IMG/VR virus record: IMGVR_UViG_3300021091_000286
Source of the DNA: a virus
Length of the DNA stretch: 29,900 bases
Strand: one strand, 5' to 3'
Made by a program: the position numbers and the translations under genes. Each line of letters begins with the position of its first letter. The first letter of the stretch is position 1. The notes below the pieces were generated by a model. The model worked only from the letters and a program-made list of their open reading frames with translations. It did no database searches and was not told where the DNA came from. Shown one piece after another: positions 9,356 through 17,945 of the stretch.

Positions 9356-9610
9356 ATGCAAATAAATAACAATTCCACAGGAAACCCTTCTGGAGGTATT
9401 GCGAATGTGCGCTTTGGCGTATATTCTCAAAGTACTCCTGTTGTAGGTAAAACTGTAAAAGAAATACGTGAACAATTTGGAAAACTTTGGGGTATTCCTT
9501 CGGATGCCACTGTTTACAAAGGCAAAGACAAAATGGATGATAACTATGTTGTTCAGGCAAATGACAACTTGGAATTCCATCGTCGAGCTGGCGAAAAAGG
9601 TAACATCTAA
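9356..9610 (+). CDS. ubiquitin-like protein (PRTRC protein C-like)
   Basis: 84 aa; beta-grasp-like pattern and tail VQANDNLEFHRRAGEKGNI resembling FRRxxGxKG tails of PRTRC C proteins; located directly after the E1-like gene. Confidence 0.75.
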   Translation: MQINNNSTGNPSGGIANVRFGVYSQSTPVVGKTVKEIREQFGKLWGIPSDATVYKGKDKMDDNYVVQANDNLEFHRRAGEKGNI

Positions 9611-9686
9611 TTTATTTAAAGTTTGTGGGGGAGGCTAGTTCTTGAACTATCCTCCCCCACATCAACAAATATTAACGAGGTATTCT

Positions 9687-11297
9687 ATGCTTCTTTCTCA
9701 AATCAAACTTGGCACACCTTCTTTATGGATGAAAACTAAAGATTCATATCGAATGATTGATTATTTATTAGCTTCTAATTTGCGTGAATTTTATATGATT
9801 CATTCTGATTTTGGTTTTAGTAAATTTGTGGACAAACAATGGTTGCCTATTTTGGTGGATAAATTTGATCCTGAAAATGGGAGTTCAACTCAAGCGGTTA
9901 CTTATGATGTAAGCCTTGCTTACAGTTATCTAAAACAAGAGAACCTTTTGCATCGTTCTACTTTTATACATAATGTAGTAAATAATGTTGACGTGTTTGT
10001 TATGCAGTATGGAAATCTTATTGCTTCTTCTTTGAGAAATTACCGTGAATCTTTTTATGAAGATGATGTGTATTCTTTCCCTTTGCAACACGTTGTATTT
10101 TCTCATCAAGATTGTCCTGAAACCCACAAATCTTTATTTACTCATATTGAATCTAGTCCAATGTCATTGGATGAAATTAAATCTATATTATTTCATTTTA
10201 ATAATGTTAGCGATGGTATGTTTGTTAGTGAAAAAGATGTGGAAGATATTGCTAAAGCTGGTTCAGGTTTATCGGAGTTTGAATTTATCAATTTGTCTTT
10301 GCTTTCTATCATTGACAAGAAGAAGATAAATCCTGAATATATTTATCAAAGTAAAATGAAGAACATTAAACAAAATGGAATTCTAGAAATTATAAAGCCT
10401 ACTAATTCTTTTGATAAAATTGGTGGACTAGATTTGGCTAAAGATATTGTAGCCAAAATAGTATGGTTATGGAATAATCCACAAAAAGCAAAAGAATACG
10501 GAGTACAACCAATAAGGCGTATGCTTATGGTTGGAGTGCCTGGCACCGGCAAATCAGCAATTTGTGAAGCTACCGCAAAAGAATTGAATCTAGATTTGGC
10601 TCGCACCGGCGTTAGTCAAGTCATGAATTCTTTTGTTGGTCAATCAGAGTCAAACATGCGTGCAGTTTTTCAACAAATTAAAGTTATGGCACCGCTGTGT
10701 GTTTGGATTGACGAGTTTGGTCGCGATCTATCTGGTGGCGCCAGTTCTTCATATGTAGACGGTGGCACTACTGATCGTGTTCATGGTGAATTTCTAACTG
10801 GTCTACAAGAGCTTCCTGAGAATGTTTTCTTAATTTGCGCTGCAAATCAACTTGAAAACCTTCGTCCAGAAATGCTTCGTGCAGACCGTTTTGATAAAAT
10901 TATGTTCGTTGGATTACCTTCTTTTGAAGAAAGAAAAGAAATATTTAAAATATATCTTAGTGATATTCAAACTGATTATGAATATGATTATGATAAATTA
11001 TCCGAAGCGACTTGGGGTTACACTGGTGCAGAAATAAAAGCTTTGATTAGAGAAACTAAATTTAATGTAGTTTCTTCTCAAGTTCGTAGTATAAATGATG
11101 AAGATATCATCAATCAATCATATTATATGAGAAATATACTTTGGAATAAAAATAAAGAAATGATTAAAGATTTGTACAAGTCTGCTCTTCAACAGTGGGA
11201 CTTTGCATCAAGTTCTCAATTTAATGAAGCAGAATCTATAATTTCTGGAAACTATGGTAAAGTGCGTTCTGTAACAAAATCGAAAGGAAATTGGTAA
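9687..11297 (+). CDS. AAA+ ATPase of CDC48/FtsH/Ycf46-like type
   Basis: Walker A MVGVPGTGKSA, Walker B APLCVWIDEF, sensor/arginine-finger region VFLICAANQLENLRPEMLRADRFDKIMFVGLPS. ATG 9687 preceded by AACGAGG; track start 9642 lacks a comparable SD. Confidence 0.93.
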   Translation: MLLSQIKLGTPSLWMKTKDSYRMIDYLLASNLREFYMIHSDFGFSKFVDKQWLPILVDKFDPENGSSTQAVTYDVSLAYSYLKQENLLHRSTFIHNVVNNVDVFVMQYGNLIASSLRNYRESFYEDDVYSFPLQHVVFSHQDCPETHKSLFTHIESSPMSLDEIKSILFHFNNVSDGMFVSEKDVEDIAKAGSGLSEFEFINLSLLSIIDKKKINPEYIYQSKMKNIKQNGILEIIKPTNSFDKIGGLDLAKDIVAKIVWLWNNPQKAKEYGVQPIRRMLMVGVPGTGKSAICEATAKELNLDLARTGVSQVMNSFVGQSESNMRAVFQQIKVMAPLCVWIDEFGRDLSGGASSSYVDGGTTDRVHGEFLTGLQELPENVFLICAANQLENLRPEMLRADRFDKIMFVGLPSFEERKEIFKIYLSDIQTDYEYDYDKLSEATWGYTGAEIKALIRETKFNVVSSQVRSINDEDIINQSYYMRNILWNKNKEMIKDLYKSALQQWDFASSSQFNEAESIISGNYGKVRSVTKSKGNW

Positions 11298-11298
11298 A

Positions 11299-11937
11299 AT
11301 GAGTCAACCTAATTTTGACGTAAATGAATTTATAGATAGTGTTAAAGATGATAATCAAGAAAATGACAATGTCATTAGTCAGCCACCTAAAGAATACAAG
11401 ACTGAATTGTACAAGAAATGGTTTAAATCAAAATCTCAAAGCGGTTTTTTATCGATAAAACCATGGTTTGAAGGAATGAAATTTAAAATAGACATTGGTA
11501 AAACTTCTTCTGAAGGAAAGTTATTAAGTAGCACAAATGTTTACGTAGACGCTATGGATTTTGCTGCTTATCTCAATGCTATAGTTTTTGGAACTGCTTC
11601 TACAATATATTCAGCCAATGAGAAACTTGGTTTACCGAGCGGTGAATCTTTTGCTTCTTTTGGTGGCGCTGATATTAATGGAAAACCAGTCAGTAGAATT
11701 TTTAAATCACATTATTGGCAAAATGGTGATTCTTTTGATTCTAATGCTTTTGTTTGGAAATGTGGCCATTTTGGAGCACGAAAATCAGAAACGGGTGCTT
11801 TTATTCCAGATTATAAGTCTCCGTTATCTGTTGATTTCTTGAAGGTTTCTAAACAGGAAATATGTTCTATATCATATCTTTTAAATATTTCTTTGTTTGG
11901 TTATGTGTCGAACAATCCCAACTGGTATGATCAATAG
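11299..11937 (+). CDS. hypothetical protein
   Basis: 212-aa ORF immediately after the AAA+ gene. Confidence 0.75.
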   Translation: MSQPNFDVNEFIDSVKDDNQENDNVISQPPKEYKTELYKKWFKSKSQSGFLSIKPWFEGMKFKIDIGKTSSEGKLLSSTNVYVDAMDFAAYLNAIVFGTASTIYSANEKLGLPSGESFASFGGADINGKPVSRIFKSHYWQNGDSFDSNAFVWKCGHFGARKSETGAFIPDYKSPLSVDFLKVSKQEICSISYLLNISLFGYVSNNPNWYDQ

Positions 11938-11952
11938 TAGGGAGATTTATTA

Positions 11953-12306
11953 ATGAGTGATCAAAATCAAGATTACAGGGTACAGATAGAATCAATACTG
12001 CTTGCTGTTGCAAATAAAATGGAAGAAAGAATGTCTGTATACGAACAGCGTTTAGAACAAATAGAAAAACAGATTGCTACTTTGGTTGTAGGATTTGGAG
12101 AACAGGCTGTTTTCGTAGAAGCATTGCTTTCTCAAATTGCCTTTGCAGATGAAGGTGGACGAAAGGCATTTCAAGATTCGCTGCAAGAGTCTAGAAAACA
12201 AATGTTGAATATAATGAAAGAAGGGGCTGATGATTTATTGGGCTCAACAGATTCAAACATTGCCCCATCCGTTAAAAGCGTGGCTGAACAAAAGTTATCT
12301 AACTGA
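11953..12306 (+). CDS. hypothetical coiled-coil protein
   Basis: 117 aa; SD TAGGGAG; heptad-rich N-terminal half. Confidence 0.7.
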   Translation: MSDQNQDYRVQIESILLAVANKMEERMSVYEQRLEQIEKQIATLVVGFGEQAVFVEALLSQIAFADEGGRKAFQDSLQESRKQMLNIMKEGADDLLGSTDSNIAPSVKSVAEQKLSN

Positions 12307-12517
12307 AATTTCTAACGGATATTGCGTACTTTTTGTTCATCCTGACACTTATACTTTAATAAGTAAGGATTTTTATTATTTGTCAATTGTGTATCCTCTT
12401 GTAAAAGAGGTGCATAATGATACAAATTCTTTTTTTATTCTTCCATTTAACGATTTGTTACCATACATAAAAGATGGCGACTTAAGTTTTTATAATTTTT
12501 CAAAGGAGAGCGTATAA
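12230..12517 (+). CDS. hypothetical small protein (start uncertain)
   Basis: Open frame continues past 12306 with protein-like composition; no good start codon or SD identified. Confidence 0.4.
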   Translation: MIYWAQQIQTLPHPLKAWLNKSYLTEISNGYCVLFVHPDTYTLISKDFYYLSIVYPLVKEVHNDTNSFFILPFNDLLPYIKDGDLSFYNFSKESV

Positions 12518-13170
12518 TGACATTTCCATTGCCTGCTTTATCCAAATTTAATAAAAGATATGTAAATGGTCTTTTATCGAATCTGCGGATACCGTTTATT
12601 GCTGAATATTATGCTTATATAGAAACAGATCAACTTTCTGTTTTGCAAAATTTTCACAAATACTTTAGACCTGATTCTATTGAACGACAGTCTGATTTGC
12701 ATTTTTCTTCTTTTACTCAAACAAAGAAAGAAAAAATACAAAATAAAGTTTCTGAAATAGGTACACAAAAAAGATTTATATATCCTTTTAAACTTTCACA
12801 ATTAATTGAAGACCATTTTTCAATTTATCCATTATCAGAAGTTGATTTTGTATTTAATTATTATATTTCCACAAATAGAATAATTCGCGTTAATGATAAC
12901 AAATCAACTGAATATTTGTTGATTAAACCTAATCCCTTTAATAAGGAAGAATACACTTCTCTAAAACAAGAATATGATTCTAAATATTCTTTTAAATCTA
13001 TTCAACTTGCCATAATGAACGTAGCTGATGTTACGGCTAGATACAAAAAGGATTATGAAGCTATGTTGATAAAATTGGAAAAATTGAATGAAGAAAACAT
13101 TAGTTTAAAGAACCAAATATGTTCAATGAATGAACAGATTATAAAATCAAACAGTTATACTTGGCAATGA
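12517..13170 (+). CDS. hypothetical protein with C-terminal coiled coil
   Basis: 217 aa. Confidence 0.7.
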   Translation: MTFPLPALSKFNKRYVNGLLSNLRIPFIAEYYAYIETDQLSVLQNFHKYFRPDSIERQSDLHFSSFTQTKKEKIQNKVSEIGTQKRFIYPFKLSQLIEDHFSIYPLSEVDFVFNYYISTNRIIRVNDNKSTEYLLIKPNPFNKEEYTSLKQEYDSKYSFKSIQLAIMNVADVTARYKKDYEAMLIKLEKLNEENISLKNQICSMNEQIIKSNSYTWQ

Positions 13171-13186
13171 AAAGGACCCTATTTAT

Positions 13187-14122
13187 ATGAACACATTTGC
13201 TGTTTCTTTTAATAATTTACAGTATGATATAAATCTTTACTGTGTTAATTCTAATCACGAGGATTATAAAGAAGCTGTTCAAAAAAATTCTATGTCAAAA
13301 ATAGATTTTGAATCTTTGGAGAATGGTCTTTTTCTTATTCCTTTGTATAATTTCTCGTTGCCAATTAAAGATGGTGAACGTGTAATAAACTGTTATTACA
13401 AAATTTCTGATAACTATGAGATTGTTACGTGGAACGATAGTAATTTATCTACTATAATTATAACTGCTTTTAAATTGCATGTTAAGTCGTTACTTGTTAA
13501 CTGTTCTGATGCTTCAAATTCAACAGGTATGAGTTATCTATCTCGTCAATTGTTTCCAACCAATTCTCTTCAAGGTGGTGTGATATATTCATCTACTTTG
13601 AATTTGATTGCAGATGTTGCAAAGAGAAAAGTTCCCCAACCTCTTTGCAGTTTTTATTCTGATCCAGCTATTAAATTTTATTCGAAAACTTATCAATACG
13701 CAAATTCAACACGTACGCCAAACTGTTCTCACCCGGTACTTGTTAAACACCAAGAAAAACCAATAGGCTGTAGCTATTCTGACCATACAGAATGCGCTTA
13801 TTTTCAGCAGAATAAACAATTGATAAGAACAGATTGCTATAATGATAATGTTGAAAGTTCGCAAGTTTCAAAATATGAATTATATAAATCTATTTACAAT
13901 AATTCTAGTGTTGTTTATCTAATTATGATTAATGATAAAATTCATAATCAACTAACGTATTTTTATAATTTCTTCAGTGAAGTAGATGAATACTATACTG
14001 TAGAAGCTATAAAGGAATACGAAAATGTTATTAGGACAACTTCAAATAATGTAAAAGTAGAAAATCTTGTTGATTCTGATGATTCTAAGAAAAATAGTTA
14101 TCTTCTAAACCTTGTTAGTTAG
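13187..14122 (+). CDS. hypothetical protein
   Basis: 311 aa, SD AAAAGGA; Cys/His-containing segment CSHPVLVKHQEKPIGCSYSDHTEC. Confidence 0.75.
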   Translation: MNTFAVSFNNLQYDINLYCVNSNHEDYKEAVQKNSMSKIDFESLENGLFLIPLYNFSLPIKDGERVINCYYKISDNYEIVTWNDSNLSTIIITAFKLHVKSLLVNCSDASNSTGMSYLSRQLFPTNSLQGGVIYSSTLNLIADVAKRKVPQPLCSFYSDPAIKFYSKTYQYANSTRTPNCSHPVLVKHQEKPIGCSYSDHTECAYFQQNKQLIRTDCYNDNVESSQVSKYELYKSIYNNSSVVYLIMINDKIHNQLTYFYNFFSEVDEYYTVEAIKEYENVIRTTSNNVKVENLVDSDDSKKNSYLLNLVS

Positions 14123-14132
14123 GACCAATATT

Positions 14133-15542
14133 ATGACTATGCCAAAAGTTCCATTTGATTATCAGCATGTTAGCGAAGATCTTGCCGAAACTACTTATTT
14201 TATAAGTTCTGTTGGACAAGTTCATAAGGATTATGTTCACATTCTAAAACAGGATCCACCAGCTACTGCGATTGGCAATGGATTTTTTGATTCTATTCAA
14301 TCTCAACCGTTTAATTATACTTATATTAGAATGCCAACAAATCTTTTCTTTCATAAAATTCGTACCGAAAACACCAATTTTATTAATGAAATGGATAATT
14401 CTGTTGATGATTTGTTAAAAGTATTTCCGATTGCTACTCGGTATATAAATTCTTCAAATCATATGGTTGTTGAACGCCCACCTTTTAAAGCTACTATTCG
14501 TTTTACCCCGGCTCGGGCTCAAAAAGTTTTCAACACAAAAACCAATGTAGTTAAAGAAGTTTGGGTTCCTTGGCAAGTATATATTGTAAATTTTAATTTG
14601 TATCGTAACGCATACAAAATGAAAATGTTTTTTAGAGACGCTCCTTTGTCTTCTGTAAATTCGCGCTTATATGATCCGTGGACAACAAACCTTTATGCTG
14701 ATAATGTTGTATGTTTTGGGTCTGACGGTGTTATGGTTGAATCGCAAATCAACAGCATGCCTAGTGATCAAAGAACTTTGAAGAATGTTTTTGATATTTT
14801 GTGTATGTCGTATTGGATGGGTGGTTGGAATGGGGATATCCTTCCTTCTTGGAATTCCTTGCCAACATGGCTTAGAATTCCTCATGAAACTGATCCTAGA
14901 ATAACTGAATCTTATTTTAAAAACGAAACTGACTTTAATATCTATAATCAAGCGCTTTCAAAAACTGTGTTTACAAAACACAGACACAAAGAATATAAGC
15001 AGTACGTTGAACTTTTGGATATTTGGTCTAATTATTCACTATCTGATGTTTTGCATTTGATGTCAAAGTATAAAAATAATTACAATAATAGTGAAAAAAC
15101 AAATGTTGCTACTTTGAAGAATCAATTAGCAGAATCGGCACAAGAGGACATGTATTATTGCGAATCCAGTCATCCACATTATTCAAATAGTGGTTTATTT
15201 TTACTTGAAAGAGATCTTGCTTTATTCTTTAAGCATCATGAAGCTAATTGGCGTCCCCATGAAATTTCTGGACAAGTAGATATTCTTACTTCTCGGGATC
15301 GTAATAATACTGATTATTATTTGGAAGAAACTTTTGAAATACTTCCCGGAATCAAACAACGTTCTTATCAATTTTTGATTCAGGAAGAACTTCATGAGCA
15401 TCTTAGTAAGATAATAGAATACGCAAATAGAAAGTATCCAATTAAATCTAAAAATCAAACAAACTATCAAACTGCCAATTTTGCATTTGGTGGATTTGAA
15501 GATGTTATTTTTGAAGAAGACAATCCTAACGATCTCTACTAA
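14133..15542 (+). CDS. diverged E2-like paralog, putative
   Basis: WVPWQVYIVNFNLYRNAYKMKMFFRDAPLSSVNSRLYDPWTTNLYADNVVCFGSDG parallels the E2-like region of the 4825 ORF and of the 15563 ORF. Confidence 0.5.
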   Translation: MTMPKVPFDYQHVSEDLAETTYFISSVGQVHKDYVHILKQDPPATAIGNGFFDSIQSQPFNYTYIRMPTNLFFHKIRTENTNFINEMDNSVDDLLKVFPIATRYINSSNHMVVERPPFKATIRFTPARAQKVFNTKTNVVKEVWVPWQVYIVNFNLYRNAYKMKMFFRDAPLSSVNSRLYDPWTTNLYADNVVCFGSDGVMVESQINSMPSDQRTLKNVFDILCMSYWMGGWNGDILPSWNSLPTWLRIPHETDPRITESYFKNETDFNIYNQALSKTVFTKHRHKEYKQYVELLDIWSNYSLSDVLHLMSKYKNNYNNSEKTNVATLKNQLAESAQEDMYYCESSHPHYSNSGLFLLERDLALFFKHHEANWRPHEISGQVDILTSRDRNNTDYYLEETFEILPGIKQRSYQFLIQEELHEHLSKIIEYANRKYPIKSKNQTNYQTANFAFGGFEDVIFEEDNPNDLY

Positions 15543-15562
15543 AAAGGAGGATTTGTAATACT

Positions 15563-16786
15563 ATGGATAGTGTAAGTAAATTTACCACTTTTAGTCGTTG
15601 GTATAGTTATTTTATAGGTGTAGATGACGCTGGCGCAAAATATTACAAAGATCCTGAGAATAGAGCCAGATTGACTTCTCAAGAACCAGATATACTTAAA
15701 AAACATTCAAGAACAAGAGAATTTAAAAACGCAATTTCTTTTAGCACTGAAGTGCATCATAATGCATCTGTAATATCTAGTGCAAATACTCCAGTGTATT
15801 ATTTTAGAAATAAAAAGTGTTTTGATGATTTGAATGAATTGTTCGGATTGGCAAGTTATAAAGCTAGCGGATTTTTACCTCCTGGTTTAGTAAGCTGTTC
15901 AAAGAACGTTGTTATTTTTGAAGTTCCACCTATGAAAAAGGTAGTTTCGTATGTCCCTACTGCCAGAGATAATATTAATAGTGATATAGTAAAATTGTAT
16001 TTAGTTGATAAATCGATTCCGGTTCCTTGGCAGATTTATGTAGCTATTTTTAATAATGATTATCGTTTAATTGATACCTATATGTTTTATTCTAAAAATT
16101 CTATTATATCATTTGGTGTTGATCAAGATATTTACACTCCGGCACTTCCTAATTTTTATTCAAACGGAATGCTGTGCCGTCCTTTTTACGGCACGAATGA
16201 TGACGTGAATAGATATTCTGAAGACTTGTCTGGAGTTATTTCAGCCGCTTATGATTCTGTTTGGAATAGTGGATGGAATTCAGATTTGATTGATAGTCTT
16301 ATAGATGCGATGTGGGTTGGCAAACATACGTATTACAAAGATTTCCAGAATCCTTTACGCGAAAAAGTTCCAGTTTTATTTGATAGATATGCAAACGCTA
16401 TTTCTTGTATTTCTTATGGAAGTAAAAGTAAAGCTTTTTCCATATATGCTGATGCTGTTTCCGAATTTGATTTGGATCAAATATCCAAAACTTATTTTGG
16501 AAATCCCAGCAGATATCAAACTTGGGAAAGAGATGTAGAAGCCGAAAGAGACAGACTAGTAAGTGATTATACAGAATCTTATAGTTCAGATTCTGACGAC
16601 TCTGAGCTAGAAGATTATTTGGAACAGAATATGAATGTTAATAGAATGAATGCAAAAACTTTTAGAACTGTAATAAATGATATTATTAACTTTAGTGCGA
16701 AAGAAAATTTGACTATATTAGGTTCATCTAATATGAAACACCAAGCCGCAGATCATTTTTCTAAAATTATCAATCAAAAAGCATAG
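15563..16786 (+). CDS. diverged E2-like paralog, putative
   Basis: PVPWQIYVAIFNNDYRLIDTYMFYSKNSIISFGVDQDIYTPALPNFYSNGMLC, followed by WNSGWNSDLIDSLIDAMW, matching WMGGWNGDILPSWNSLPTWL of the neighbouring ORF; SD AAAGGAGG. Confidence 0.52.
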   Translation: MDSVSKFTTFSRWYSYFIGVDDAGAKYYKDPENRARLTSQEPDILKKHSRTREFKNAISFSTEVHHNASVISSANTPVYYFRNKKCFDDLNELFGLASYKASGFLPPGLVSCSKNVVIFEVPPMKKVVSYVPTARDNINSDIVKLYLVDKSIPVPWQIYVAIFNNDYRLIDTYMFYSKNSIISFGVDQDIYTPALPNFYSNGMLCRPFYGTNDDVNRYSEDLSGVISAAYDSVWNSGWNSDLIDSLIDAMWVGKHTYYKDFQNPLREKVPVLFDRYANAISCISYGSKSKAFSIYADAVSEFDLDQISKTYFGNPSRYQTWERDVEAERDRLVSDYTESYSSDSDDSELEDYLEQNMNVNRMNAKTFRTVINDIINFSAKENLTILGSSNMKHQAADHFSKIINQKA

Positions 16787-16789
16787 TTG

Positions 16790-16812
16790 AAGACTGTTTT
16801 TTGTCTTTTTTC
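16790..16812 (+). terminator. possible weak intrinsic terminator
   Basis: AAGAC tgttttttGTCTT followed by T-rich run, just after the 16786 stop. Confidence 0.35.
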
Positions 16813-16858
16813 CAATACTATATAGACATAGATAAACTTGGAAAAAGGTGTTTAAAAT

Positions 16859-17164
16859 ATGTCTAAATTAAAAAATAACCAACATCCTACTTTTTCTCGA
16901 ATAGAAGTTTCATATATATTGAATGTTTCTACTTTAACCATATCTAATAGAGAAAAAAAAGGAAAGTACCCTAAACCAAAAAGAGATTTGAACAATTATA
17001 GAGTTTATACGTTAAATGATATATTCAATCTTCAACTTATAACTTATAATCATATTGATCCCAAACCAATTGTGTCAATTTTGTTTGATAAAGGGTATAA
17101 AGATCCTAGTGTTGTTACGCAGATTATTGATGAAGTATTATCACGTAGGAGTCAAAATGACTAA
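16859..17164 (+). CDS. MerR-like HTH DNA-binding protein
   Basis: FSRIEVSYILNVSTLTISNREKKGKYPKPKRDLNNYRVYTLNDI pattern. Confidence 0.6.
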   Translation: MSKLKNNQHPTFSRIEVSYILNVSTLTISNREKKGKYPKPKRDLNNYRVYTLNDIFNLQLITYNHIDPKPIVSILFDKGYKDPSVVTQIIDEVLSRRSQND

Positions 17165-17390
17165 CTCAAACGAAAACGGAGAGGATGTTTCCCTTGTTGA
17201 GGAAGTATCTACTTTAGTTTCAACAGATGTAGTAGCTGATTTAAAATCTGGAATATTCAATCTTTTTAATTCTCTGTATGCGAATTATTCGTATCAATAC
17301 GGTCCAGTTGATGGTATGATTATGGCAATAGAGTATTTAAAAAGTATAATAGATTTCTTTCAAAACACTTTGGAAGAGAATATAAAATAA
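17157..17390 (+). CDS. hypothetical small protein
   Basis: ATG overlaps the previous TGA (ATGA), MTNSNENGEDVS...; track start at 17055 is upstream of the likely start. Confidence 0.6.
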   Translation: MTNSNENGEDVSLVEEVSTLVSTDVVADLKSGIFNLFNSLYANYSYQYGPVDGMIMAIEYLKSIIDFFQNTLEENIK

Positions 17391-17426
17391 TAAAATAACA
17401 ACTAAACAACTAACAGGAGACAAATA

Positions 17427-17846
17427 ATGATAGACCCAAAGAATGTAGTTTCTGTGACTGCTGGAATTGTAGCAGATCCAGAACTAGTAAATGACAGAAT
17501 AGCAAAGATCAGAGTAGCCGTAGACTACGCTGGTTCAGAAAAAAACGTATCTGGAGCTTCTGGATATTTTGATGTGGTTTACTATTTGAAAGACGGAGAA
17601 ACTTTCTCTTCAAAGAATGCATCGTTTGTTCACTCACAAATTACTGCAGCGAAAATGAAGAAAGGTTCTCAGATTCAATTAGTGGGCAGACTTGTTCAGG
17701 AACGTTGGCAGCAAGATAGTCAAAATCGTTCTAGGGTTGTTATCGTTGCTGAATCAATTTCTTATGTTGGTTCTGCTGGAAAACCCGCTGAAAAACAAGA
17801 ATCCTCATCTGCTAGTTCCGCTAGCAATGTACCAGATTCGTTTTAA
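17427..17846 (+). CDS. ssb: single-stranded DNA-binding protein
   Basis: OB-fold-like N-terminus (TAGIVADPEL...FDVVYYLKDG...VGRLVQERW), Ser/Ala-rich linker and acidic-aromatic tip VPDSF. Confidence 0.8.
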   Translation: MIDPKNVVSVTAGIVADPELVNDRIAKIRVAVDYAGSEKNVSGASGYFDVVYYLKDGETFSSKNASFVHSQITAAKMKKGSQIQLVGRLVQERWQQDSQNRSRVVIVAESISYVGSAGKPAEKQESSSASSASNVPDSF

Positions 17847-17850
17847 TTAA

Positions 17851-17943
17851 ATGGAACCGGTGGTTTTAGCAGCACTGCTTAGTGTTTTTGGCGCTATAGT
17901 CGTTGCTCTTATAGAAGGTTTATTTAATTACATTATTTCTTAG
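17851..17943 (+). CDS. 30-aa single-TM peptide MEPVVLAALLSVFGAIVVALIEGLFNYIIS
   Basis: Complete small ORF between ssb and the UDG gene, not in supplied track. Confidence 0.45.
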   Translation: MEPVVLAALLSVFGAIVVALIEGLFNYIIS

Positions 17944-17945
17944 GA

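Noticed and set aside
9162-9580. Two long minus-strand ORFs opposite the E1-like/Ubl genes
   Set aside because: They lie antisense to well-supported genes, have no SD, and have unnatural F/Y/S-rich composition.
10045-11037. Alternative-frame ORFs inside the AAA+ gene
   Set aside because: Walker A/B and the arginine-finger region clearly define the correct frame; these are shadow ORFs.
14667-15470. Minus-strand ORFs of 94 and 82 aa
   Set aside because: Antisense to the E2-like paralog with no supporting signals.
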